A DNA stretch of 64,000 nt from an uncultured Oligoflexia bacterium (GTDB lineage: Bacteria > Bdellovibrionota > Bacteriovoracia > Bacteriovoracales > Bacteriovoracaceae). The stretch spans positions 3-64,002 of the forward strand of contig CATLVU010000002.1 of assembly GCA_950061135.1 (NCBI GenBank), in the 5' to 3' direction. The first letter of the stretch is position 1; each line of letters starts with the position of its first letter. The notes beneath the pieces were generated by a model that saw only the letters and a program-made list of their open reading frames with translations, ran no database searches and was not told the DNA's origin. A program made the translations under genes and the position numbers. Below are positions 53,868-62,479 of the stretch, piece by piece.

Positions 53868-55995
53868 ATTAAAAACTCAGCACTATGATGATAAAACGGT
53901 GGTCCATTTTTTATGGGCAACATTGTTTTGGGGTGTAATTGCTTTTGTTGTAGGGCTATTAGCAGCTTTGCAATTAAGTTATTGGGGATTTAATCTCAAT
54001 TTAGAATGGTTAACTTTTGGTCGAGTTCGGCCTTTACATACTAATGCTGCTATCTTCGCTTTTGCTGGGAATGCAATATTCGCAGGGATTTATCATTCAA
54101 CACAAAGGCTATGTAGAGTTCGGATGTTTTCTGATGCCTTATCTAAAATCCATTTCTGGGGTTGGCAATTAATTATTGTTTCTGCAGCGATAACACTTCC
54201 ATTAGGTTTTTCTCAATCAAAAGAGTATGCTGAGCTTGAATGGCCTATTGATATTGCTATTACTCTTGTGTGGGTTGTTTTTGCGATTAACTTTTTTATG
54301 ACGCTTAAAAATAGAAAAGAAAAACATATGTATGTTGCTTTATGGTTTTATATTGCAACAATAATAACAGTTGCTGTGTTACATATTTTTAACTCAATAG
54401 AAATACCTGTTGGCTATTTGAATAGTTATCCAGTCTATGCAGGGATACAAGATGCTCTTGTTCAATGGTGGTATGGGCATAATGCTGTAGCTTTTTTCTT
54501 AACAACACCTTTTCTGGGATTAATGTACTATTATATTCCAAAAGCTGCTAATAGACCTGTTTATTCTTATAAATTATCGATTATTCATTTTTGGGCTTTA
54601 ATTTTTATTTATATCTGGGCAGGGCCACATCATCTTTTAAACACTGCTTTACCTGATTGGGCCCAAACTCTAGGTGTTGTATTTAGTGTTATGTTATGGG
54701 CACCAAGTTGGGGGGGAATGATTAATGGTATTTTAACGTTAAGGGGCGCCTGGGATCTTCTAAGAACAGATCCTATCATTAAATTTTTAATAACAGCGGT
54801 GACATTTTATGGGATGTCTACCTTTGAAGGTCCCTTATTATCAATAAAAGCTGTCAGTTCCTTAGGTCACTATACAGATTGGATTGTTGCTCATGTCCAC
54901 GGTGGAACACTAGGTTGGAATGGATTTTTAGTTTTCGGAATGATTTATTATCTGGTACCAAAACTTTATCAAACTGATTTATATTCGAAAAAATTAGCAA
55001 CACTTCATTTCTGGATAGGTCTTGCTGGTATACTTATTTATTATCTTTCGATGTGGGCAGCAGGGATAACACAAGGTTTAATGTGGAGGGCCATTAATGA
55101 AGCTGGACAATTAGTTTATCCTGACTTTGTAGAAACAGTAACAGCGATAGTCCCTTTATATTGGGTTAGGGCCCTCGGCGGAACATTATACATCATTGGA
55201 ACAATTATAATGCTGTATAACTTACGACAAACCGTTAAAGCCTCAAAAGGCTTACGAGAAGAAAAAGTTACTGCACCTTTAACAGAGAGAAAGAAAAATG
55301 ACCATGAAGATAAAGGTCATCGTAAACTAGAAGGAATGATGGTTACTTTTAGTATCTTATCGTTTATCGCTATTGCTGTAGGATCTGCGATTGAAATTAT
55401 TCCAATATTGACAGTGAATGATTACGCAAAATATGAAAAAGTAATTGAACCTTTTTCGCCGCTAGAAATAGCTGGTAGAGATATTTATATTCGAGAGGGT
55501 TGTTATACCTGTCATTCACAAATGATTCGAAAATTAGATTTTGATGTACTTCGTTTTGGAAAAGCATCAACGATTGAAGAGTCAATGTATGATAGACCTT
55601 TTCAGTGGGGTTCAAAAAGAACAGGCCCTGATTTAGCAAGAGTTGGTAAGAAGTATCCTCATTTATGGCATTATAAACATATGGAAAATCCACGTAGTAC
55701 TGTTGCAGGTTCTATCATGCCAAATTATCCGTGGTTGTTAGATAAAAAAACAGACTTCTACTCACTAAGAAGAAAAATCTACGTTTTAAAAAGTTTAGGA
55801 GTTCCCTATGCTGACGAAGTCGTTAAAAATGCTGATAAAGTTGCTGAAGAACAAGCAAAGATTATAGCTGATGAATTACGAGCTCAAGGAGTTAACGATG
55901 ACAAACTTGAACAAAAAGAAGTAGTGGCATTGATAGCTTACTTACAAGAGTTAGGACAGAAGCCATTAATTAGAAATATTAACTTAGAAAAATAA
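53848..55995 (+). CDS. ccoNO: fused cbb3-type cytochrome c oxidase subunits I and II (CcoN-CcoO)
   Basis: CcoN His ligands (GPHHL, VAHVHGGTLGWNG) followed in the same frame by CcoO (HRKLEG..., heme motif CYTCHSQMIR). GTG 53848 has GGAG at 6-nt spacing; ATG 53860 is the alternative start. Confidence 0.92.
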   Translation: MSLQMDELKTQHYDDKTVVHFLWATLFWGVIAFVVGLLAALQLSYWGFNLNLEWLTFGRVRPLHTNAAIFAFAGNAIFAGIYHSTQRLCRVRMFSDALSKIHFWGWQLIIVSAAITLPLGFSQSKEYAELEWPIDIAITLVWVVFAINFFMTLKNRKEKHMYVALWFYIATIITVAVLHIFNSIEIPVGYLNSYPVYAGIQDALVQWWYGHNAVAFFLTTPFLGLMYYYIPKAANRPVYSYKLSIIHFWALIFIYIWAGPHHLLNTALPDWAQTLGVVFSVMLWAPSWGGMINGILTLRGAWDLLRTDPIIKFLITAVTFYGMSTFEGPLLSIKAVSSLGHYTDWIVAHVHGGTLGWNGFLVFGMIYYLVPKLYQTDLYSKKLATLHFWIGLAGILIYYLSMWAAGITQGLMWRAINEAGQLVYPDFVETVTAIVPLYWVRALGGTLYIIGTIIMLYNLRQTVKASKGLREEKVTAPLTERKKNDHEDKGHRKLEGMMVTFSILSFIAIAVGSAIEIIPILTVNDYAKYEKVIEPFSPLEIAGRDIYIREGCYTCHSQMIRKLDFDVLRFGKASTIEESMYDRPFQWGSKRTGPDLARVGKKYPHLWHYKHMENPRSTVAGSIMPNYPWLLDKKTDFYSLRRKIYVLKSLGVPYADEVVKNADKVAEEQAKIIADELRAQGVNDDKLEQKEVVALIAYLQELGQKPLIRNINLEK

Positions 55996-56004
55996 GAGGT
56001 TCAT

Positions 56005-56184
56005 ATGAAAAAAGAAGCACTTTCAGCATTTACAAACCCTGATATGATTTTAATCGGATTTTTATTGTTTTTCTTTTGTTTTTTAGGAGTTTTATTATGG
56101 ACTGTAATTGTTGCTGATAAAAACTACTTTAGCAAAGTGAAAATGATACCACTGACGGACAATGATAAGGGGGCCAAAAAATGA
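56005..56184 (+). CDS. ccoQ: CcoQ/FixQ-like small membrane subunit (59 aa, not in the ORF track)
   Basis: ATG 56005 is preceded by aAGAGGttcat. Single TM (MILIGFLLFFFCFLGVLLW). ATGA overlap with ccoP. Position between ccoNO and ccoP. Confidence 0.7.
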   Translation: MKKEALSAFTNPDMILIGFLLFFFCFLGVLLWTVIVADKNYFSKVKMIPLTDNDKGAKK

Positions 56185-56753
56185 GTTCTCAAGATGATGA
56201 TAAATTAATTGAAGGGCATGACTATGATGGAATTCAAGAATTAAATAATCCTTTACCAAAATGGTGGATGATAACTTTCTTCTTAACAATAATATTTGCA
56301 ATTTTTTATTATGCCTATTATGAAATTCTTTCAGGTCCTAGTTCGGATCAAGAGTTAGCTACTAAAATGCAAAAAGTAGAAGCCGCGCAAGAGGCCGCAA
56401 AGCCTTCTTTGGATAAAATTGTAGCTAGTATCAACAGAGAAGAGTTAAGATCAGATGCCCAAATGATGAAGAAAGCAAAAAAAATATTTAAACGAAAATG
56501 CGCTGCTTGCCATGGTAGGGAAGGGCAAGGAATGATAGGCCCTAATTTGACTGATAAGTATTGGATGCATTCAAAAGGTGATTTCAAAGGCGTTTTAGAA
56601 GCTATTAGAGAAGGTTTCCCTGAAAAAGGTATGCAGGCTTGGAAAGAAATAATTGATGAAAATCAACAGCTATATTTAACAGAGTTTGTACTTGGTTTTC
56701 AAGGAACTAATCCTGCCAATCCCAAAGAACCACAAGGAGAACTGATTGAGTGA
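56181..56753 (+). CDS. ccoP: cbb3-type oxidase subunit CcoP, short monoheme form
   Basis: FixP N-terminal motif GHDYDGIQELNNPLPKWW, a TM, and a single CAACHG heme site. 190 aa, against about 290 aa for diheme CcoP. Confidence 0.85.
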   Translation: MSSQDDDKLIEGHDYDGIQELNNPLPKWWMITFFLTIIFAIFYYAYYEILSGPSSDQELATKMQKVEAAQEAAKPSLDKIVASINREELRSDAQMMKKAKKIFKRKCAACHGREGQGMIGPNLTDKYWMHSKGDFKGVLEAIREGFPEKGMQAWKEIIDENQQLYLTEFVLGFQGTNPANPKEPQGELIE

Positions 56754-58155
56754 TTGGAATGAATATGCCGTTATTCCAGATAGGCCCCCTAGTCTAGATA
56801 AAAAAGGTTTTAGGCGTGCTATTATACCTGCTCCAGTAAAAGGCAATTGGAGAAAGTTTAGAGATTATTTTTATTATATTTTAATATGTATTTTTTTATT
56901 AACTCCATGGTTGAATTATAATGGCAAGCAATTGCTAAAGCTCGATTTAAGTACTCGCCAATTTACAGTATTAGGTCAAACTTTTTTTGCCTATAATGCT
57001 CCGTCAATATTTATTTTTTTTATAACATTTGTTTTCAGTATTGCTTATATTACTTATAAATATGGAAGAATATGGTGTGGAATGGCCTGCCCTCAAACTG
57101 TTTTCATTGATAAGATTTTCAGAAAAATCGATAAATTCGTTGAAGGTAATTATTTACAGAGAAGAAAAAATGATCAGGCCCCATTATCTTTTAATAAAGT
57201 ACTAAAAAGAATAATGCGATGGACTCTTTATATTGTATTCTCATCTTTTATCGCTCACACATTTACTGCTTATTTTGCAGGCGCAAAAGAATTACTTTAT
57301 ATTACAATGGAAAGTCCTGCCCATAACTGGAGCTTGTTTTTATGGGTACAGTTTTTAACCGCCATTTTTACATTTAATTTCGGTTGGTTTAGAGAGCAGT
57401 TTTGTCTAATCGCTTGTCCTTATGGGCGGTTTCAGTCCGTCCTTATGGGAAAAAAAACATCTACTGTCGTTTATGACTTTAAGCGTGGAGAGCCTCGCAA
57501 AAGTAAAGGGGTTAAAACCACAGAAGTTGGTGGAGATTGTATTAATTGTCTTCGTTGTATAAATGTGTGTCCTACAGGTATTGATATCCGTAATGGAAAC
57601 CAAATGGAGTGCATTGGTTGTACATCCTGTATTGATGCTTGTGACGAGATAATGCAGAAAGTAAAAAAGCCTAAAGGATTAATTCGATTTTCTTCAGAAG
57701 AAGAAATCGAGTCTCAAAATTTTAAAAGAATATCATTTTTACCTATTGCATTCCTTTTGATCATTTTTACTCTAATCCTAAGCGGTATTAGTTACTTTAC
57801 TCTGAACCGACCAATTGCTCATATAAAAGTGTTAAGGGCAATTGATACTCCCTATAGAGTGGTACAAGAAAATGGACGAGATTATATCTTGAATCATTTT
57901 AAAGCTCATATTACAGCGCAATCGAGTAGTGATATTATAATTGAAAAAATAGAGCTTGCAGGTAATTATGAAATTATAGCACCTTACTTACCACTCAAAA
58001 TTAAATCTTCAAAAGATAAGTGGGTTCACTTCTTTATAAAAACTGAAAAAAGAAGCATTCAAGAAAATAAGAAAAAACTAAATATAAATTTTAATGTGGT
58101 GATGAAGCAGAATTATTTAATTTATCCAAAAGAAGTGATTTTTCTTTCGCCCTAA
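56746..58155 (+). CDS. ccoG: CcoG/FixG 4Fe-4S ferredoxin-type cbb3 assembly protein
   Basis: TMs plus two Cys clusters (CINCLRCINVCP and CIGCTSCIDACD) and a C-terminal FixG_C-like domain. TTG start. Confidence 0.88.
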   Translation: MSDWNEYAVIPDRPPSLDKKGFRRAIIPAPVKGNWRKFRDYFYYILICIFLLTPWLNYNGKQLLKLDLSTRQFTVLGQTFFAYNAPSIFIFFITFVFSIAYITYKYGRIWCGMACPQTVFIDKIFRKIDKFVEGNYLQRRKNDQAPLSFNKVLKRIMRWTLYIVFSSFIAHTFTAYFAGAKELLYITMESPAHNWSLFLWVQFLTAIFTFNFGWFREQFCLIACPYGRFQSVLMGKKTSTVVYDFKRGEPRKSKGVKTTEVGGDCINCLRCINVCPTGIDIRNGNQMECIGCTSCIDACDEIMQKVKKPKGLIRFSSEEEIESQNFKRISFLPIAFLLIIFTLILSGISYFTLNRPIAHIKVLRAIDTPYRVVQENGRDYILNHFKAHITAQSSSDIIIEKIELAGNYEIIAPYLPLKIKSSKDKWVHFFIKTEKRSIQENKKKLNINFNVVMKQNYLIYPKEVIFLSP

Positions 58156-58165
58156 AGGAGATTTT

Positions 58166-58552
58166 ATGAAATTTGTAATCAATTTATTAGTTTTAACATT
58201 TACCCTCAGTACTTATGCTTTTAACGCTGAAGAAACATTTAAAAAACAATGCACCGCTTGTCATACGATTGGGGAGGGTGACAAGATAGGCCCTGATCTT
58301 GCTGGATTGTCAAAAAGAAGAGAGGTTGAATGGATTGTAAAGTTTGTGAATTATCCCTCAGGGATGATTGAGGGAGATGAAGAAGAAGAAGGATATGAAA
58401 AAGCGGATCCGATAGCTAAAAAACTCTATGATATGTATAAACCTCAAATGATGACAGAGTTTGAGTTAGATAAGTCTCAAGTAGAAGCTATCTTAAAGTA
58501 TATAGATGGACAAAAAAAGCAGCCTAAGGGGAAAATAACCCAATTTAAATAA
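58166..58552 (+). CDS. periplasmic monoheme cytochrome c
   Basis: Signal peptide and CTACHT. 128 aa. It occupies the position after ccoG. Confidence 0.8.
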   Translation: MKFVINLLVLTFTLSTYAFNAEETFKKQCTACHTIGEGDKIGPDLAGLSKRREVEWIVKFVNYPSGMIEGDEEEEGYEKADPIAKKLYDMYKPQMMTEFELDKSQVEAILKYIDGQKKQPKGKITQFK

Positions 58553-58554
58553 TT

Positions 58555-58568
58555 ATGATAAAAATCAT
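58555..58568. promoter_or_regulatory. FNR/FixK-type box candidate ATGATaaaaATCAT
   Basis: Perfect 14-bp palindrome with a TGAT-N4-ATCA core, 74-87 nt upstream of ATG 58642. It could alternatively act as a weak hairpin after the cytochrome c gene. Confidence 0.45.
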
Positions 58569-58641
58569 ATTTTTGCTATGAAATCATCAGTTCTTTAAAT
58601 CAATACTTTTCTTATAATTTACTTAGCAAAAGGAGTTTATT

Positions 58642-59082
58642 ATGAAAAAAGTATTGATTTGTGTTGATATGACGAAAGATTCTTTGCGTCTGTCTAAAAA
58701 AACGTTAAAGGAAATTGATGGGTTAGGTTTTGACCAAATACATCTGGTTCATGCATTTAAAGAAAATGTTTATGACTTTGACTTTTATTTTACTACTTAT
58801 CCGATAAAAGAAGATTTTGAAAAGATTAACCAGTCAGTTCTTGAAAATTTAGACAACCTGATCACTGCAAGTGAGATTACTAGTAAAGATAAAGTTATTA
58901 CAAATTGTATCATCTCTGATTCTCCTAAAGAGTCCATCGATAGTTATATAAAAGAGAATAATATTGATGTAGTTTATGTTAGTACAAGAGGTAAGTATGG
59001 AATGAATAATTTTTTTGCCAGCTCATTTGCTGAGTACCTATTGAGACATACCAGCGCAGAATTAAGAGTAACGAGATCGTAA
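58642..59082 (+). CDS. universal stress protein
   Basis: MKKVLICVD...VVYVSTRGKYGMNNFFASSFAEYLL USP pattern. RBS aAAGGAGtttatt. Confidence 0.8.
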   Translation: MKKVLICVDMTKDSLRLSKKTLKEIDGLGFDQIHLVHAFKENVYDFDFYFTTYPIKEDFEKINQSVLENLDNLITASEITSKDKVITNCIISDSPKESIDSYIKENNIDVVYVSTRGKYGMNNFFASSFAEYLLRHTSAELRVTRS

Positions 59083-60179
59083 TGCTTAAGAAACTCTCAT
59101 TTAGTATTATCCTTTTGTCATTGTTTTCTTTTACAAGTCTAGATAGTAAAATGAAGAAGCTATTCTATTCATACTTGGATCTTCTTAAAGTTGTAAACGG
59201 AACGTATGAAAATGAAAGAACACATTATGAAATGCAAAAAAAACTTCTTAGTATTGAAAGTGTACTGAAAAACTCAAGGCATGATAAATACCTAGATAAC
59301 TCTGCTTTTGCACCAATCATGTATATAACAGAACTTTCAGTGAATGATCTTAAAGGGATAACTAAACAAGAGTATTTTTCGCTTGCATCGAGAAGAAGTA
59401 AATTGCTAATTCAGCAGTGTAACTCTTGTCATGCTCAATTAGATCAACTTCCAGATGACAAAATAGACCTCTATCAAGGCGCATTTTCTAGGTATCAGTT
59501 AACTGAAGAGCAAAAGGTACAAGGATTATATCTTTTAAGAGATTACAAAAAGATATCTAAAATATTAGTTGAGAAAATAAAGGACTCTATAGTTAATTTA
59601 GATAATAAAACTTCAATAAAAAAGACATTAGAGTTACTCGAACTATATTTGGTAAGTATTGATAATGTAGAAGAATTGAAAACACATCTTAATACCTTTC
59701 TTACTAAAAGCCTTGAAGGGGAATATAGAAAGCATTTGCATATATGGATGAATGATCTTGAAACTGTAAAAAATAAAAATACTACTTGGTTATTAGAAAG
59801 AGTGCTTTCCAAGGAAGTAGATGAGTATTTTTTATTACCTGTAAAGCGAATTGCAGTAACATTTTTTAAAGCTAAGTCACTTTTATTAAAAGAACTCAAA
59901 AAAGTGAACACTGATGATCAAAATTCATATTATTTATACTGGCTTGGGGTAATCGAATCTCAAAATGATTTTCTTAAGCTGTATGGGACGGGAGAATATT
60001 ACTTTCGAGAATGCATTCAAAAGTATCCTCATACTAGCTTTGCTAAAAAATGTTATAAAGGTTTTGAAAATATTATAACTCAAGGTTTTACAGGATCTTC
60101 AGGTACGCATATTCCTGTCCCCGTGAAAAAAGAAATGAGAGAACTAGAAAGACAAATCAAATCAAAGGAGAAAGTATGA
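59082..60179 (+). CDS. periplasmic hypothetical protein with a single CxxCH motif
   Basis: TAATG overlap with the USP gene. Signal peptide LSFSIILLSLFSFTS. CNSCHAQ at about residue 113. Helical, TPR-like composition. Confidence 0.55.
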   Translation: MLKKLSFSIILLSLFSFTSLDSKMKKLFYSYLDLLKVVNGTYENERTHYEMQKKLLSIESVLKNSRHDKYLDNSAFAPIMYITELSVNDLKGITKQEYFSLASRRSKLLIQQCNSCHAQLDQLPDDKIDLYQGAFSRYQLTEEQKVQGLYLLRDYKKISKILVEKIKDSIVNLDNKTSIKKTLELLELYLVSIDNVEELKTHLNTFLTKSLEGEYRKHLHIWMNDLETVKNKNTTWLLERVLSKEVDEYFLLPVKRIAVTFFKAKSLLLKELKKVNTDDQNSYYLYWLGVIESQNDFLKLYGTGEYYFRECIQKYPHTSFAKKCYKGFENIITQGFTGSSGTHIPVPVKKEMRELERQIKSKEKV

Positions 60180-60628
60180 AAGCAATTGAATTTATGACAA
60201 AAGATGTATTTACTTGCAAGTTAGAAGATAACGTAGAGGACGCTGCTAAATCAATGATTGAAAGAGGAATTAGTGTTATCCCGATTATTGATGAGAGCAA
60301 TCACTTAACAGGGATTGTTACTGAGTCAGACTTCATAGGTAAGGAAGTCTCAATCCCTCATGCATTGGCCTCGATCAAACAACTATTTGGGCAAATGTTT
60401 TACTTTGGTGATGTTGAGACTATCTATCTTCAAGCCAAAGGGCGTAAATTAAAAGAAATTATGACCAGGAAGGTAACAACAATTACACCAGGGGAGTCAT
60501 TGAGTGATGTCGTTAAGTTGATGATTTCTAAAAACTTAAAAAGGCTACCTGTTGTAGAGGATGGAAATCTGGTAGGAATTGTTACTAGACGTGATATAAT
60601 TAAAGCATTTTCATTAATTGCTAAATAA
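60176..60628 (+). CDS. CBS-domain pair protein
   Basis: Two CBS repeats (MTKDVFTC...SVIPIIDESNHLTGIVTESD and MTRKVTTI...RLPVVEDGNLVGIVTRRD). ATGA overlap upstream. Confidence 0.88.
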   Translation: MKAIEFMTKDVFTCKLEDNVEDAAKSMIERGISVIPIIDESNHLTGIVTESDFIGKEVSIPHALASIKQLFGQMFYFGDVETIYLQAKGRKLKEIMTRKVTTITPGESLSDVVKLMISKNLKRLPVVEDGNLVGIVTRRDIIKAFSLIAK

Positions 60629-60655
60629 CTATTTAATAAATGAACTTGTATAAAA

Positions 60656-60699
60656 CTTAGACATTCTGATTGTATTTAATTCAATTAGAATGTCTTAAG
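60656..60699 (+). terminator. hairpin after the CBS gene (12-bp stem with one bulge, 19-nt loop)
   Basis: CTTAGACATTCT...AGAATGTCT(T)AAG, 28 nt after the stop. Weak T-tract (TCTTATATT). Confidence 0.4.
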
Positions 60700-60709
60700 T
60701 CTTATATTG

Positions 60710-62065
60710 ATGAATAATAAACTTATTATGATTAGTGTTATAAGTTTGTTATTTAAAATTTTATTATTATTTGCTTTTTTAAGCACATATGCTGATGCTT
60801 CGTCTAATTATGTATCTATTGATATCGAAAAGCTTGATTATAAAAAACCTGATAGCAATAGAGGAGAAGCCGGTAATCTTATTTTTCCACAAGTTCGTTT
60901 ATCATGGGATGAAATGAAAATATCATTAGATAATAATTCTTCATTTCTTGATGCTAATATTAAAGTTAATCCGCGATATATAAAGTTCAAGACAAGTGGT
61001 CTTGGATTTACTTTTCCCCTAGAAAGTGAGTCAGGGTTTTTCAAAGTAAACGGAGCAACTCTTGAAAACTCTTCATTTATTTTGAACCAGGACTTTTTTA
61101 ATTTTAGTGGAGAAAAATTTTCGGTCACGAATGGAACCTCTAAACTTATCCTAGATAAATTTAATGTCTATTGTAATGGTGAAGATGATATGACATCAGG
61201 TAAAGGTTTAATTAAGGGTTGTCTTACAGATTTAATTTTGAATGGCTTAAATGAAGGCGATTTAGCGGGGGCAACAATCGATTATTATGATTCAACGGCG
61301 AACGGAGAGAATATATTCTTAAGTAGTCGTTTGAAAAGTTTTGAGCTGAAAAGCTCTAAGTTTAAACTAGATTTGAACCAAGCACACCTTGAGGTCTTAA
61401 ACTATAATATTGATATAGGTACTGCAGACATTAGTTGTGAAAAAGAAAGTAAACTTTATGAGTTAGATGTTGATCGTTTAAAAAATGCCTGTGTTGATAA
61501 GACTGAAATCCATGCTCCACATATTAAAATTAAAGACAAAGAAACAGGCTCAGGCTTTGACATTAGTTTAGAACAACTTAAAACAGAAAAAAACTCTATT
61601 GAAGCAGTATTACCTTCTGTCGAAATAAATGGCGAGGAAGGTAAAACAACAAAGCTTAGTTCTATTAAAATTGATTGCTTTAAAAAAGAAAACTATGAAT
61701 TTTACGACTTACATAAAATAATATCTGGTTGTGTCGAAAATGGGCAAATAGATATTGATGGAATATCAACCGTTGGTGCTAAAACAGAACAGCAATTTGC
61801 AAAGAAATTGAATGTTACGTTTGAAAATAATTTAGTCATTTTGGATATGAAGATAAAATTACCGCTGATCCCACAGTTTAAATTTAATGTTGAAGCCTAT
61901 GTGAGGCATGATCAGGATAATAAAACACTAACCTTTGATATTATTAGATATAAAACAATTAAAATTTTAAGCTGGCGCTATGCTCTTAGAAAAGCTTTGG
62001 AGTTTTATGTTAAAGGAAATGATAAAATGTATATGGATGATAAAAAAATAGTTATTCAACTTTAA
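60710..62065 (+). CDS. secreted hypothetical protein (beta-rich, Cys pairs)
   Basis: Signal/anchor MNNKLIMISVISLLFKILLLFAFLSTYADA. 451 aa with no recognisable motif. Confidence 0.55.
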   Translation: MNNKLIMISVISLLFKILLLFAFLSTYADASSNYVSIDIEKLDYKKPDSNRGEAGNLIFPQVRLSWDEMKISLDNNSSFLDANIKVNPRYIKFKTSGLGFTFPLESESGFFKVNGATLENSSFILNQDFFNFSGEKFSVTNGTSKLILDKFNVYCNGEDDMTSGKGLIKGCLTDLILNGLNEGDLAGATIDYYDSTANGENIFLSSRLKSFELKSSKFKLDLNQAHLEVLNYNIDIGTADISCEKESKLYELDVDRLKNACVDKTEIHAPHIKIKDKETGSGFDISLEQLKTEKNSIEAVLPSVEINGEEGKTTKLSSIKIDCFKKENYEFYDLHKIISGCVENGQIDIDGISTVGAKTEQQFAKKLNVTFENNLVILDMKIKLPLIPQFKFNVEAYVRHDQDNKTLTFDIIRYKTIKILSWRYALRKALEFYVKGNDKMYMDDKKIVIQL

Positions 62066-62080
62066 AAACAGGAGAAAAAA

Positions 62081-62380
62081 ATGAAAAAAATGATGGTTTT
62101 AGTTTTGTTATTAGCAAGCTCTTACTCTTTCGCAAGTATTAGATGTACTGGTAATAATATTGATATAAAAGTAAACCCTTTAGCTAAGTCTCTTCAAATC
62201 TCAGGTAAATATGAGGGAACGATAAACTCTTTAAGAGGTTCAGGAATAGAGTACTTTGGAACAGCAAGCTCTGGAAACTTTAGAAGCTTAACGCTTTTTG
62301 TAGATGGAGTTGATAGCGAATTGACTGTAATTGGTTCAAATGGCCGTGCCTCTGGTATCATTTCTGTTGATTGTAATTAG
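62081..62380 (+). CDS. small secreted hypothetical protein
   Basis: RBS cAGGAGaaaaaa and signal peptide MKKMMVLVLLLASSYSFA. Cys near each end of the mature protein. Confidence 0.6.
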   Translation: MKKMMVLVLLLASSYSFASIRCTGNNIDIKVNPLAKSLQISGKYEGTINSLRGSGIEYFGTASSGNFRSLTLFVDGVDSELTVIGSNGRASGIISVDCN

Positions 62381-62390
62381 TGTGGCAAAT

Positions 62391-62437
62391 AGTAGAAACA
62401 CTTAGATTCATAAATCTTTAACATTCTACTTTTCTTT
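62391..62437 (+). terminator. candidate intrinsic terminator (AGTAGAA...TTCTACT stem with a nested AGATT/AATCT hairpin, then TTTTCTTT)
   Basis: Read directly from the sequence. It begins 11 nt after the stop at 62380. Confidence 0.4.
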
Positions 62438-62479
62438 GATAACTTTTGCCGTTAAAAACTACTTAATTTGTGTGAAAGT

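Noticed and set aside
53672-53923. 83-aa minus-strand ORF overlapping the ccoI/ccoS/ccoNO junction
   Set aside because: The plus strand here encodes CcoS, with a clear family signature (GDFDDLESPAHNIFLDD) and operon-consistent ATGA coupling. The antisense ORF has no motif or RBS.
58555-58568. ATGATaaaaATCAT considered as an intrinsic terminator after the cytochrome c gene
   Set aside because: The stem is only 5 bp of A/T-rich pairs. The same core motif recurs upstream of other stress operons, so a regulator binding site explains it better. Dual use cannot be excluded.
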